This document shows positions 38,696 through 47,050 of a stretch of 64,000 nt of DNA, one piece after another. Below the pieces are notes generated by a model. That model ran no database searches and was not told the origin of the DNA. It saw only the letters and a list, made by a program, of their open reading frames with translations. Within the stretch, counting starts at the first letter, position 1, and every line of letters begins with the position of its first letter. Origin of the DNA: Myxococcota bacterium (GTDB lineage: Bacteria; Myxococcota; JACRCW01); NCBI GenBank assembly GCA_040752415.1, contig JBFMGU010000012.1, positions 12,783-76,782 on the forward strand. Reading direction: 5' to 3'. The position numbers were made by a program, and so were the translations under genes.

Positions 38696-39397
38696 TTAGC
38701 CCTCCGTGGCGAGCCATCCTCCAAACAAGCCGGCCAGGGTGAGCATCCCGAGCAGGAGCCCTGCCGCAATCCGCCGCACCGCGCGTCCGGGCGGTCGTGG
38801 CAGCAGGAAGAGCCCCGCCACGACGACGTTGAGAACCGCGTTCGCCACGCCCAGCCAGCGATGCACCTCGAGCACGCGGGAGAGCTCCGGCGCGCCCGCC
38901 GCAAAGTCGCGGCCCTGACTCCAACCCGTCACGGCGGCCGCCACCGCGCCCAGTGCGCCGCCCAGCGCCATCAGGCGTTGCGCCGTCCCGTCGTCCGCGG
39001 TGGGCCGCCACAACAGCAGCAGCATGAGCGCCAGCGCAAAGCCGATGGGCACGTGGACCAGCTTGTTGTGGGGATGCCCGGCAGCGTGCTCGACCATCGC
39101 CTCCAGCGTGATGGGGGCCGGCTCCACGCGCCGCTCGTCGGCCGCTGGAAGGGGCGCCTGCGAAGGTTGCGCGGGAGGTGGGGCCGCCGCCTCCCTGGCT
39201 CCGTCGGTGGTGGCAGCGGGCGACGGCGCGGGTTCGACGGCGGGGGCCGGCGCCATCTCCCCAGCGTCACCGGCGGTGCCCGGAGTCTTCTTGTGGCCAC
39301 GATGGGCCTCTGCCATGTCGGGCGCCAGGAAGAACGCCGCGGCCATCACGAGGCAGCACGCTTGCACCAGGGCTTGGAAACGTGTGCACGTACGCAT
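38696..39397 (-). CDS. Exported/membrane protein with a DUF2231-like domain
   Basis: Signal peptide ending AEA-HRGH; HPHNKLVHVPIG, TG, H..LG, GG.L motifs. Confidence 0.65.
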   Translation of the reverse strand: MRTCTRFQALVQACCLVMAAAFFLAPDMAEAHRGHKKTPGTAGDAGEMAPAPAVEPAPSPAATTDGAREAAAPPPAQPSQAPLPAADERRVEPAPITLEAMVEHAAGHPHNKLVHVPIGFALALMLLLLWRPTADDGTAQRLMALGGALGAVAAAVTGWSQGRDFAAGAPELSRVLEVHRWLGVANAVLNVVVAGLFLLPRPPGRAVRRIAAGLLLGMLTLAGLFGGWLATEG

Positions 39398-39401
39398 GAT
39401 G

Positions 39402-39570
39402 TCAGTGGGGCTCCCTCACTTCGCCGGTGGCACAGCCCAGGTCGAGGACACGCGCACCCGTCGTCACCGCGGCCTGCGACACCAGCGCCTGCTTGAACTC
39501 GCGCTCACGCAAGGTGATGGCCATCAGCGGGTCCCCGAGGCCACGGAGCGCCGCCTCCCGGGGAAGCAAT
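39402..39570 (-). pseudogene. Truncated SAM-dependent methyltransferase fragment
   Basis: DPLMAITLREREFKQALV...GARVLDLGCATG followed by a stop; resembles the N-terminus of 55785-56426. Confidence 0.6.
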
Positions 39571-39645
39571 GGCCACGCCACGTCGCGGACGGCCGGAGGC
39601 AGGACCGCACTCGCCCTTTGGACCCGTGCTGACGTGAGGAGCGTC

Positions 39646-39681
39646 GAGAATATTACACAGCGCATTCTGGAGAATACTCTC
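39646..39681. promoter_or_regulatory. Pair of GAGAATATTCTC-like palindromes upstream of the two-component operon
   Basis: GAGAATATTACA (9/12) and GAGAATACTCTC (11/12). Confidence 0.6.
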
Positions 39682-39756
39682 CACGCCGGGACCGCACCGT
39701 GGCGGCAGCTCGAGGCGTGATCCGGTCACGGAAGGGAGGCTTAGGTGAAAGCCCAG

Positions 39757-39772
39757 TGGCATGCATCTGGCA
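39757..39772 (+). promoter_or_regulatory. Sigma54-type promoter of the two-component operon
   Basis: TGGCATGCATCTGGCA, GG-N10-GC; overlaps the ORF-track ATG, favouring a start at 39818. Confidence 0.55.
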
Positions 39773-39817
39773 CACGCGCAGGCGGCACGCCCCACCTTGA
39801 GCACGTCGCCTTCGACC

Positions 39818-41050
39818 ATGTTCGCGCCCACCGAGGCCACCGCCGTGGCGCTTGAGCTCCCGTTCTCCGCGGGCGGACGGCCGCCCCTCGTCGGCAACCG
39901 CCTGTGGATTGCCGCGCTGTTGATGGCCCTGGCCATCACCGTGGCGCACTACGGCACGTCCATGGAGCTGATCACGCTGCACAACATCCTGCGGCGCCTC
40001 TACTACCTGCCCATTGTCATGGCGGCGGTGGGTTACGGGGTGAAGGGAGGCCTCCTCGCCGCCGCGGGATGTGCCCTGGGCTATGTGCCGCACGCGTTCC
40101 TGGTGGATCACCACATGGTCGCGTCGCTGCCCCACGAGGGGCACAACGTGGGTCCACACGCCGGTCACGTGATGGGCGTGCCGCTCTCGGGAGATCCCTC
40201 TCCCACCGCGGAGAAGGTGCTGGAGATCGTGCTCTTCCACGGCGTGGGCTGGGTGACCGGTGTGCTCTCGGAGCGGTGGGCCCGGGCGCTCGAGGAGTCG
40301 CAGGCCCTGACCCGTCGACTGCACCTCGCGCTGCAGGAGCGCGACCGCATGCGCGAACAGCTGGTGCGGAGCGAGAAGCTTGGGGCGCTGGGGCAACTTA
40401 GCGCCGGGCTGGCCCACGAGATTCGCAATCCGCTCAGCGCCATTCGCGGCAGCGCGGAGGTGTTGGCGGAGGATTTCCGTGCCGGGCATCCCAAGGCGCA
40501 GCTCGCCGGCATCCTGCTCAAGGAGCTCACGCGACTGGACCGCGTGCTCACGGACTTCCTCCAGTTCGCGCGACCACCCGCTCCCAACACCCACCCCTTT
40601 GCCCTGGACAAGCTCATCGACGAGGTGGCGACGATGACCGTGGCCCGTCGTCAAGAGGCTCACATCTCGTACCGCGCGGAGATTGCCACCGGTCTGCCAC
40701 CGTGCCTGGCGGACCCGGATCACATCCGGCAGATCCTGTTGAACCTGGTGCTCAACGCCATCCAGGCCATGCCCCACGGCGGGACCCTCACCTTCCGCTG
40801 CCATCTGCTCCAGCCGTCGGATGCGCCCGCGCTGCGGTTGGAGGTGCAGGACACCGGCTCTGGCATCCCCACCGGTGAGCTGCACCGGATCTTCGAGCCG
40901 TACTTCACCACGCGCGCCGAGGGGACCGGTCTGGGGCTCTCCATCAGCCACGCGCTCGCGGAAGCCAACGGCGCCGTGCTCGACGTGCGCAGCACCGAGG
41001 GAAGAGGCTCCACGTTCGGCCTCACGCTGCGTTGCCAGGAGGCGGCATGA
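39818..41050 (+). CDS. Membrane sensor histidine kinase with a His-rich loop (putative copper sensor)
   Basis: TM segments with HY..., LHNILRRLYYLPI, YVPH; loop DHHM..PHEGHNVGPHAGHVM; AHEIRNPL; G boxes. Confidence 0.88.
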   Translation: MFAPTEATAVALELPFSAGGRPPLVGNRLWIAALLMALAITVAHYGTSMELITLHNILRRLYYLPIVMAAVGYGVKGGLLAAAGCALGYVPHAFLVDHHMVASLPHEGHNVGPHAGHVMGVPLSGDPSPTAEKVLEIVLFHGVGWVTGVLSERWARALEESQALTRRLHLALQERDRMREQLVRSEKLGALGQLSAGLAHEIRNPLSAIRGSAEVLAEDFRAGHPKAQLAGILLKELTRLDRVLTDFLQFARPPAPNTHPFALDKLIDEVATMTVARRQEAHISYRAEIATGLPPCLADPDHIRQILLNLVLNAIQAMPHGGTLTFRCHLLQPSDAPALRLEVQDTGSGIPTGELHRIFEPYFTTRAEGTGLGLSISHALAEANGAVLDVRSTEGRGSTFGLTLRCQEAA

Positions 41051-42411
41051 CCCGGGAGACCGTGCTGCTCGTCGAGGATGATGCCAGCCTGCGCGAGGTG
41101 ATGGCCTTCCAGCTGCAGTCGGAGGGGTACCGCGTCATCAAGTCCGCCAGCGGCGCGGAGGCCCTCACCCACCTTGAGCATGAAGCTCCGCCCGCCGTGG
41201 TGATCACGGACCTCAAGATGCCGCACATGGATGGCTTCCAGGTGCTGGCGGAGGTCCGCAAGCGTGCGCCGCTGACGCCGGTGTTGGTGGTCACGGCGTT
41301 CGGCAACGTGGAGACGGCGGTGCAGGCCATGCGCGGCGGCGCCTTCGACTTCGTGAGCAAGCCATTCCACAAGGACCAGTTCCTGCTCACGGTCCAGAAG
41401 GCGGTGGCCCAGTGGCGTCTCCTCGACGAGAACGAACGCCTCAAGGAGGACAGCCGCCGCGAGGGGGAATGCGTGGCGGTCTCCCCGGCCATGCGCGAGG
41501 TGCTGGCGCAGGCGCGTCAGGTGGCCAACACCACGGCCACCGTGTTGCTGCTGGGCGAAAGCGGGGCCGGCAAGGAGGTGCTGGCGCGGGAGATCCATCG
41601 CGCGAGCGACCGGCGGGACAAGCCGTTCGTGGCCATCAATTGCGCGGCCATTCCCAAGGACCTGCTGGAGGCGGAGCTGTTCGGCTTTGCGCGGGGAGCG
41701 TTCACCGGCGCGCACAAGGAGCGCGTGGGCAAGTTCCAGGCGGCGGACGGAGGCACGCTGTTTCTCGACGAGATCGGCGACCTTGACGATGCGCTGCAGG
41801 CCAAGATCCTGCGCGTGCTGGAGAACCGCACGGTCGACGTGATTGGCGGAGGGACCGTGCCCGTCAACGTGCGCATCATCGCCGCCACGCACCGGGACCT
41901 GGCCGCGGAGGTGGCTGCCAAGCGGTTCCGCCAGGATCTCTTCTTCCGCCTGGCGGTCATTCCCCTGCGCATTCCGCCGCTGCGCTCGCGCCCGGAGGAT
42001 GCCAGCGTCCTGTTTGCCCGCTTCATCCGCCGCTTCTCCGGGGATGCCAACATCACCATGAGCGACGCACTCTTGCGTGCCGTCGAGCGTCGCGCGTGGC
42101 CGGGGAACGTGCGTGAGCTGCGCAACGTGGCCGAGCGCATGGTGGCGCTGCGCAAGTCCGACTCGCTCGACGTTGGCGACCTGCCGCCCGAGGACGCTCC
42201 CGGTGCGGCCGCCGCCGCGCAGACGTGGAACCTCCGTCCCGGCAACATCGAGCTGCCCCCGGAGGGCGTGGGCCTCGAGGAGCTGGAGCGCGCGGTGATC
42301 GAGTATGCCCTGGAGAAGAACGCGGGAAACGTCTCCGCCGCCGCGCGCTTCCTGAAGGTGCCGCGACACATCCTGGTCTATCGAATCGAGAAGTTCGGCA
42401 TCAGCCCCTAA
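41047..42411 (+). CDS. Sigma54-dependent NtrC-family response regulator
   Basis: REC domain; GESGAGKE; ELFG..RGAFTGA; FLDEIG; WPGNVREL; Fis-type HTH. Confidence 0.95.
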   Translation: MTRETVLLVEDDASLREVMAFQLQSEGYRVIKSASGAEALTHLEHEAPPAVVITDLKMPHMDGFQVLAEVRKRAPLTPVLVVTAFGNVETAVQAMRGGAFDFVSKPFHKDQFLLTVQKAVAQWRLLDENERLKEDSRREGECVAVSPAMREVLAQARQVANTTATVLLLGESGAGKEVLAREIHRASDRRDKPFVAINCAAIPKDLLEAELFGFARGAFTGAHKERVGKFQAADGGTLFLDEIGDLDDALQAKILRVLENRTVDVIGGGTVPVNVRIIAATHRDLAAEVAAKRFRQDLFFRLAVIPLRIPPLRSRPEDASVLFARFIRRFSGDANITMSDALLRAVERRAWPGNVRELRNVAERMVALRKSDSLDVGDLPPEDAPGAAAAAQTWNLRPGNIELPPEGVGLEELERAVIEYALEKNAGNVSAAARFLKVPRHILVYRIEKFGISP

Positions 42412-42446
42412 CCCGCGCCCGGGACGCGCGGTTGGTCGTGGCGGTG

Positions 42447-42490
42447 CAGACTATTCTTCGTTTTGGCCACCGGCGGTGACGAATATTCTC
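42447..42490. promoter_or_regulatory. Pair of GAGAATATTCTC-like palindromes upstream of the Cys-rich peptide
   Basis: CAGACTATTCTT (9/12) and ACGAATATTCTC (10/12). Confidence 0.6.
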
Positions 42491-43812
42491 CATTGCGACT
42501 CCACCACGTGGTGACCCGCGCAGACCCTACGCCTTCCACGGTGCGGAGCATCCAACATCGTGGAGGGCGTTCGGCGACGCTGCGCGACGAAGCTTGAACA
42601 ATGGCACCGCGGCCGGTACAGGACGGCCGCCAAGGAGGCTTTCCATGCACAAGGTCCTTTCTCGCAAGCTGAAGAACGTGAAGGTGGAGGCGCCCAAGCC
42701 GAAGCTCGGCGTGCGCTGCTGCGGCAACGTGAACTGCTGTGGCAACATCCGCTGCTGCGGCAACTGAGTCCGTCGCGCATCACGCCAACGCCCCGTCGCT
42801 CCACGCGGATCGACGGGGCGTTGTGTTTCGACGGATGGGAGGACGAGCCTCCGGAACACCGTTGTGATCCCGGACTGGAATCCCGGTGCTGGCCAGCGGC
42901 GGGCCGACGCCCAGACGTCTTGGTGCGCAGCTCCAGACGTCTTGTTGCGCACACCCAGACGCCTTGGTGCGCGTGTTCAGACGCGTTGTGGGGGGCCGGC
43001 GTCGTCGTGGCGCGGCCCGGGGTGTCCTCCCACGTCCCGGTCTCCGTCTCTCCCGCGCGAGGACGCGGTTGCGCCTCCTGCGCGGGCCGCGCGGGGCCAG
43101 GCCACCACTGCGCTGCAGGCGTCAACAAACCGGCCACTGGAGGCAGCGGCTCGTCCAGGGGCGCCACCGGGATGTCCGACCAGCGCTCCCAGCCCAGCAT
43201 CCCTGCTTCAGTCTCCCGCTTGGCCTCGCGAGCGAACCTCTCCACCTTGGCAAGCCCCTGCGGGAGCGTCACGCGCGTCACCAGGCGGGAGAGGGCGGGG
43301 GGAATGCGTCCGCCTGGGGCCAGCTCTCCCCGGAAGACAAGGATGCTCCTACCTCCTCCGTCGGTGGCCAAGAGCGTCATCTCCCCCCGATCCACGGGAA
43401 CACGCACCACTCCGGGTCGCCGCGGCGGTCCGGCGGCTTCATCCAGATCCCACGTCAAGCGAAGGGCTCCCGTGCCGTCGGGATTGAGGTCCTGGTGGAG
43501 CGTTCGCCGGATGGCGTAGTCACGCGGGGCGGTGAGCGGGACCTGGACCACTCCGTAGACCCACAGCTCACTCCCCTCGCGGCGGAAGACGCGGCAGTAG
43601 CGCATCTCGGGGTAGTGCGGCTTGTGCTCGCAGAAGTGGAAGAGCACGTGCCGGACGTAGCGCGGCTCCACCTCGAGGATGACGGCGGCGTCAAAGGTGT
43701 ACGCACCGCGGTGGTCCGGCGGCGCAACCCGCAGGTGGTGGACCTCCGCGGCGAGCGCCACGGCCGGCGCAACGAGGAGCACGCTGATCAAACCGGTGCG
43801 TCCGCGTGGCAC
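42451..43812 (-). CDS. Exported START/SRPBCC-like protein; the tail below about 43000 is probably read-through
   Basis: RBS AGGAGG + GTG; signal peptide; PLTAPRDY, GVVRV..DRG, PGGRIP motifs typical of START domains; non-protein-like tail crosses the repeat array and peptide gene antisense. Confidence 0.6.
   Translation of the reverse strand: MPRGRTGLISVLLVAPAVALAAEVHHLRVAPPDHRGAYTFDAAVILEVEPRYVRHVLFHFCEHKPHYPEMRYCRVFRREGSELWVYGVVQVPLTAPRDYAIRRTLHQDLNPDGTGALRLTWDLDEAAGPPRRPGVVRVPVDRGEMTLLATDGGGRSILVFRGELAPGGRIPPALSRLVTRVTLPQGLAKVERFAREAKRETEAGMLGWERWSDIPVAPLDEPLPPVAGLLTPAAQWWPGPARPAQEAQPRPRAGETETGTWEDTPGRATTTPAPHNASEHAHQGVWVCATRRLELRTKTSGRRPAAGQHRDSSPGSQRCSGGSSSHPSKHNAPSIRVERRGVGVMRDGLSCRSSGCCHSSSRCRSSARRASAWAPPPSRSSACEKGPCAWKASLAAVLYRPRCHCSSFVAQRRRTPSTMLDAPHRGRRRVCAGHHVVESQWRIFVTAGGQNEE
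42645..42767 (+). CDS. 40-aa Cys-rich peptide MHKVLSRKLKNVKVEAPKPKLGVRCCGNVNCCGNIRCCGN
   Basis: RBS AAGGAGG 6 nt before ATG; GC3-rich codon usage; three xxCCGN repeats; absent from the ORF track. Confidence 0.8.
   Translation: MHKVLSRKLKNVKVEAPKPKLGVRCCGNVNCCGNIRCCGN
42912..42988. repeat. Tandem array with a 22-bp period (CAGACGYCTTGKTGCGC-N5), 3 full copies plus 1 partial
   Basis: CAGACG starts at 42912, 42934, 42956 and 42978. Confidence 0.85.
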
Positions 43813-44025
43813 GAGCGCCTCCTGACCCGCATCCCCCGCCGCGTCGCCTTTCGGCCCACGCGGTATACGTCCACGCCGTGCCCCCATCAGGCCGCCCCCC
43901 AGCGCGAGCGGGGACACGAGGTCATCCCCGGGCGGAGGCCGATGCTCGGGCGCAGGTCCCGCCGCGACACCCCGTTACGTCTGCATCAGCGGGCTCGCGC
44001 GTCCCGCGCACCCAGGGAGGAAGAC

Positions 44026-44373
44026 ATGCTGCATGCACGACTCATCCTTGTACTCGGACTGGCGGCCTCGTCGGTGGCGTGGGCCCAGGAGCAACCCCAG
44101 CAGCAGGCGCCCTGCCCATGCCCCATGATGGGCGGTGACAACACGATGAGCTCCATGATGCAGGCCTGCATGGACCACAACCGGATGACCACCCAGGCCA
44201 TCGACGAGATGACAGCCACCATGGCGCAGGCCCGGAAGTCGGGCGACGCTGCCAAGATGCGCAGCGCGCTCGAGTCCGCGGAGCGAACCCTCCGCGACAT
44301 GCGTCAGCACACCGGAGCCTGCATGAGAGCCATGGAGCAGATGCCTGCGCCGGGGAGCGGGGCGCCGCGTTGA
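44026..44373 (+). CDS. Met-rich periplasmic helical protein
   Basis: RBS GGAGG; signal peptide AWA; CPCPMM, MSSMMQACMDH, MRQH..ACMRAM. Confidence 0.8.
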   Translation: MLHARLILVLGLAASSVAWAQEQPQQQAPCPCPMMGGDNTMSSMMQACMDHNRMTTQAIDEMTATMAQARKSGDAAKMRSALESAERTLRDMRQHTGACMRAMEQMPAPGSGAPR

Positions 44374-44418
44374 GGGCGGCATGGCATCCCAGGACCAGGA
44401 GATGAAGGGAGAGGCAGG

Positions 44419-44787
44419 GTGGAGGGCTCGGATCCTGGGGAGATGCTGCTGCGTCACATCGCTTCCCACCTTGGCACCCTCGCCGAGGCCATTGCGATCG
44501 TGATCATTGGCGTGGCCGTTGTTCGCGCCGCGTGGGAGTTGTGTCGGACCGTAAGAAAGGCAACACGCCATCCCTGGTCCAACGTTCGCCTCGACCTGGG
44601 ACGTTCACTGGCGCTGGCGTTGGAGTTCATGCTGGCTGGCGACGTTGCCCGAACCGCCGTGGCGCCTTCGTGGAACGACATCGCTCAGCTCGCGGCAATC
44701 GCCGTGATCCGCACCGGGCTCAACGTCTTCCTGCATCGCGACATCAACGTGGTGCAGGCGCGACACGAAACCACCGCCGATGCGTGA
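44419..44787 (+). CDS. DUF1622-like membrane protein
   Basis: RLDLGRSLALALEFMLAGDV.RT..AP.W..I..L.AIA.IRT.L..FL. Confidence 0.85.
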   Translation: MEGSDPGEMLLRHIASHLGTLAEAIAIVIIGVAVVRAAWELCRTVRKATRHPWSNVRLDLGRSLALALEFMLAGDVARTAVAPSWNDIAQLAAIAVIRTGLNVFLHRDINVVQARHETTADA

Positions 44788-44834
44788 AGTTCTCCACCCC
44801 GGGCAGCGGACGCCTGGCCGCGAGAGGTGACAAC

Positions 44835-45386
44835 ATGACAACTCACGATGCATCGGGCGCCCACCTGCCGCACATTCCAGCACAGCACCGCGCCGACGCT
44901 TCTTGGCGGCTCCCCCGGCGGGGACGGCCCGGTCACCGGTTGCTCGCCTTCGTTGCCAGCTTCGCGTTCGGTGGATGCGACGTCCTCCTCGGGTCCTTCG
45001 ACGCGGCCCACAACGGTGCCCGCATCTTCTACACCGGCGCGAACAGCGCAGGCGAAACCATCGCCTACGCGGGCGGGCCCGGGCCGGAGGACGGCGTCGC
45101 GCATGGCGTCCTGACGTGCGCGCTGTGTCATGGAAGGCGCGCGCGGGGCGGCAGCTACCGCGTGCACGGTGTGCTGGTGCGTGCCCCGGACATCCGCTGG
45201 AGCACCCTGGAGCAGCGCGGGGAAGGTCTCGGCGCTCCGGAGGGCTACACGTTGGACGCGTTTCGGATGGCGGTGGTCGATGGCCGGCACCCGGATGGCA
45301 CGCCGCTCGACGGAGACATGCCGCGGTACGAGCTGGGTGACGAGGACCTGTCAGACCTGGCGTCCTTCCTGCAGTCCATCCCCTGA
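44835..45386 (+). CDS. c-type cytochrome (probable lipoprotein)
   Basis: CALCH heme-binding motif; PDIRW; MPRY axial Met; DL.SFL. Confidence 0.8.
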   Translation: MTTHDASGAHLPHIPAQHRADASWRLPRRGRPGHRLLAFVASFAFGGCDVLLGSFDAAHNGARIFYTGANSAGETIAYAGGPGPEDGVAHGVLTCALCHGRRARGGSYRVHGVLVRAPDIRWSTLEQRGEGLGAPEGYTLDAFRMAVVDGRHPDGTPLDGDMPRYELGDEDLSDLASFLQSIP

Positions 45387-45454
45387 CCCATCTGCACGAC
45401 GTCAGCGCTCCCACTTCGTGTCCCGCCGAGGCGGCCCGGACACCACGCGGAACG

Positions 45455-45946
45455 TCACTGCTTCCCAATGGGCGCCGGTAGCTCCGGGAGGTGCGCGCCA
45501 ATGGCAACGTCGGGGCGATTGAGGTTTGCCACCAGCGTGCGGGCGCACAGCCACGAGAGGAACGCGTAGGTCGGCAACGCGGTGACCCACCCGATCACGG
45601 GCACCAGCGCCAAAGCCATGAGGATGGCGCACCCGGCCTGGGGCAGCACCAGCGGCAGGGACCAGTCCAACGTCAGCTCCTGTCCCAGGATCAACATGGG
45701 GCCCCAGAGCGCGCCGAACGGAAGGAACGAGGCCACGGCGAGCTCTTCCTTGTACTGTTGCAGCTCCGGCTTGAGCACGGAGGGAAGAGAGAACGACAGC
45801 CAGACCCGCGGGGTCGCGTTGGCGCCCGGCTGCGGCACGCCGGCGACGGATGACGGGTCGTGGGCGTGCGCGGGCGCAGGCTGCAGGAGGGTGACGGTGA
45901 CGGCGCACGCCCCCACCAAGGCAAGGCTCTTGATCCGGTGACGCAT
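45455..45946 (-). CDS. Hypothetical exported membrane protein
   Basis: RBS GGAGG; signal peptide ending AHA; two to three hydrophobic segments. Confidence 0.6.
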   Translation of the reverse strand: MRHRIKSLALVGACAVTVTLLQPAPAHAHDPSSVAGVPQPGANATPRVWLSFSLPSVLKPELQQYKEELAVASFLPFGALWGPMLILGQELTLDWSLPLVLPQAGCAILMALALVPVIGWVTALPTYAFLSWLCARTLVANLNRPDVAIGAHLPELPAPIGKQ

Positions 45947-46230
45947 CTGAAACCTCCCTGTCCGTTACGAGTTCCCCCTGGCACCTGCAGCGGAGCTACC
46001 CGTTCCCGGACGCGGCAGCAGCCACCCCATGTCACGCGCTCCATGCCTGCGCGGTCACGCCCTGGAGTGCTCTGCCAGACGGTCGGGGCTGATCGGAACG
46101 GGCACCCTGGTTAGGGTCCCGGCGTCCACTTGTGAGCGTTCCGGCCAGCTCTCGCGCACCGGATTCGGAGCCGTGCGCACCAGCTGATGCTGCGTCGCGC
46201 AGCACGAGGCGAGTTGGCGCACGTGTCAAT

Positions 46231-46246
46231 TGGCGCGTGGGTTGCG
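46231..46246 (+). promoter_or_regulatory. Sigma54-type promoter
   Basis: TGGCGCGTGGGTTGCG, GG-N10-GC. Confidence 0.6.
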
Positions 46247-46279
46247 GCCTTGGCGAGCAGGCCAGGAAAGGAGTGTCCG

Positions 46280-47050
46280 ATGTCACCCAGACTTCCATCC
46301 GCCGTGATGGCGAGCTTGCTGACTGCCGCGTGCGCGGCAACGGCGCCGGGAACCAGGCCGCACGAGATGAGCGCCGCCGAGCATGAGCGCGAAGCGGAAC
46401 AACATGCCCGCACGGCCGAGCAGCACGCCGCCCAGTACGATCCGACCGCAACGGCAGGAAGCGGCGAATGCGTGACGTCGTCCGGTCGGCGCCTTGACGT
46501 GGACGAGGGCATTTGCTGGTCCGCAAGACAGAATCCCACCTCGGGGCACCTGCGTGCGGCCAAGGAGCACCGGCGCATCGCCGAGCAGCACCGGATGGCG
46601 TCGCAGGTACTCCGGGATGCGGAAGCGCAGGCGTGCGCGGGCATCGCGCCGGATGACCGCGACATGAGCCCGTTCGACAACACCGAGGACATCGTGAGCG
46701 TGGCCAAGCTCACCGAGACCCGGTTGCGCGGCGAGAATCCCTACGAGGAGGTGGTTGGCGCCGTGGTGGTGTTCCGCGCTGTTCGCGGCCTCACCGCCGA
46801 GTGGCTGCAGCGGGTCGTCGACTGTCACCTCGCCCGGAACGCAGCCCTGGGACACGTGGCGCCGGACATGCCGGACTGTCCCCTGGTACCCCGCGGCGTG
46901 GAGGCCAGGGTGTGGTCGACGGGGAACGGCTTCGCGGTGGGCCTCCGTTCAGATGACCCCAAGGTCGTGCGCGAGATTCTCGACCGGACCCAGCGACTCC
47001 GCGGGCGCGCGGTGAGCACGACCTCTCGCGGGCGGCGGGGGCCGGCATGA
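46280..47050 (+). CDS. His/Cys-rich lipoprotein of unknown function
   Basis: RBS AAGGAG; lipobox TAAC; heptad-spaced His residues; DCHLA and DCPL motifs. Confidence 0.8.
   Translation: MSPRLPSAVMASLLTAACAATAPGTRPHEMSAAEHEREAEQHARTAEQHAAQYDPTATAGSGECVTSSGRRLDVDEGICWSARQNPTSGHLRAAKEHRRIAEQHRMASQVLRDAEAQACAGIAPDDRDMSPFDNTEDIVSVAKLTETRLRGENPYEEVVGAVVVFRAVRGLTAEWLQRVVDCHLARNAALGHVAPDMPDCPLVPRGVEARVWSTGNGFAVGLRSDDPKVVREILDRTQRLRGRAVSTTSRGRRGPA

Noticed and set aside
42645..42767. Calling the peptide a methanobactin precursor (MbnA)
   Set aside because: Only a loose resemblance (basic leader, Cys core); no mbnB/mbnC or TonB-dependent receptor in the window
42912..42988. Possible mini CRISPR array
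   Set aside because: Repeat of about 17 bp with 5-bp linkers is far too short for spacers; no cas genes in the window
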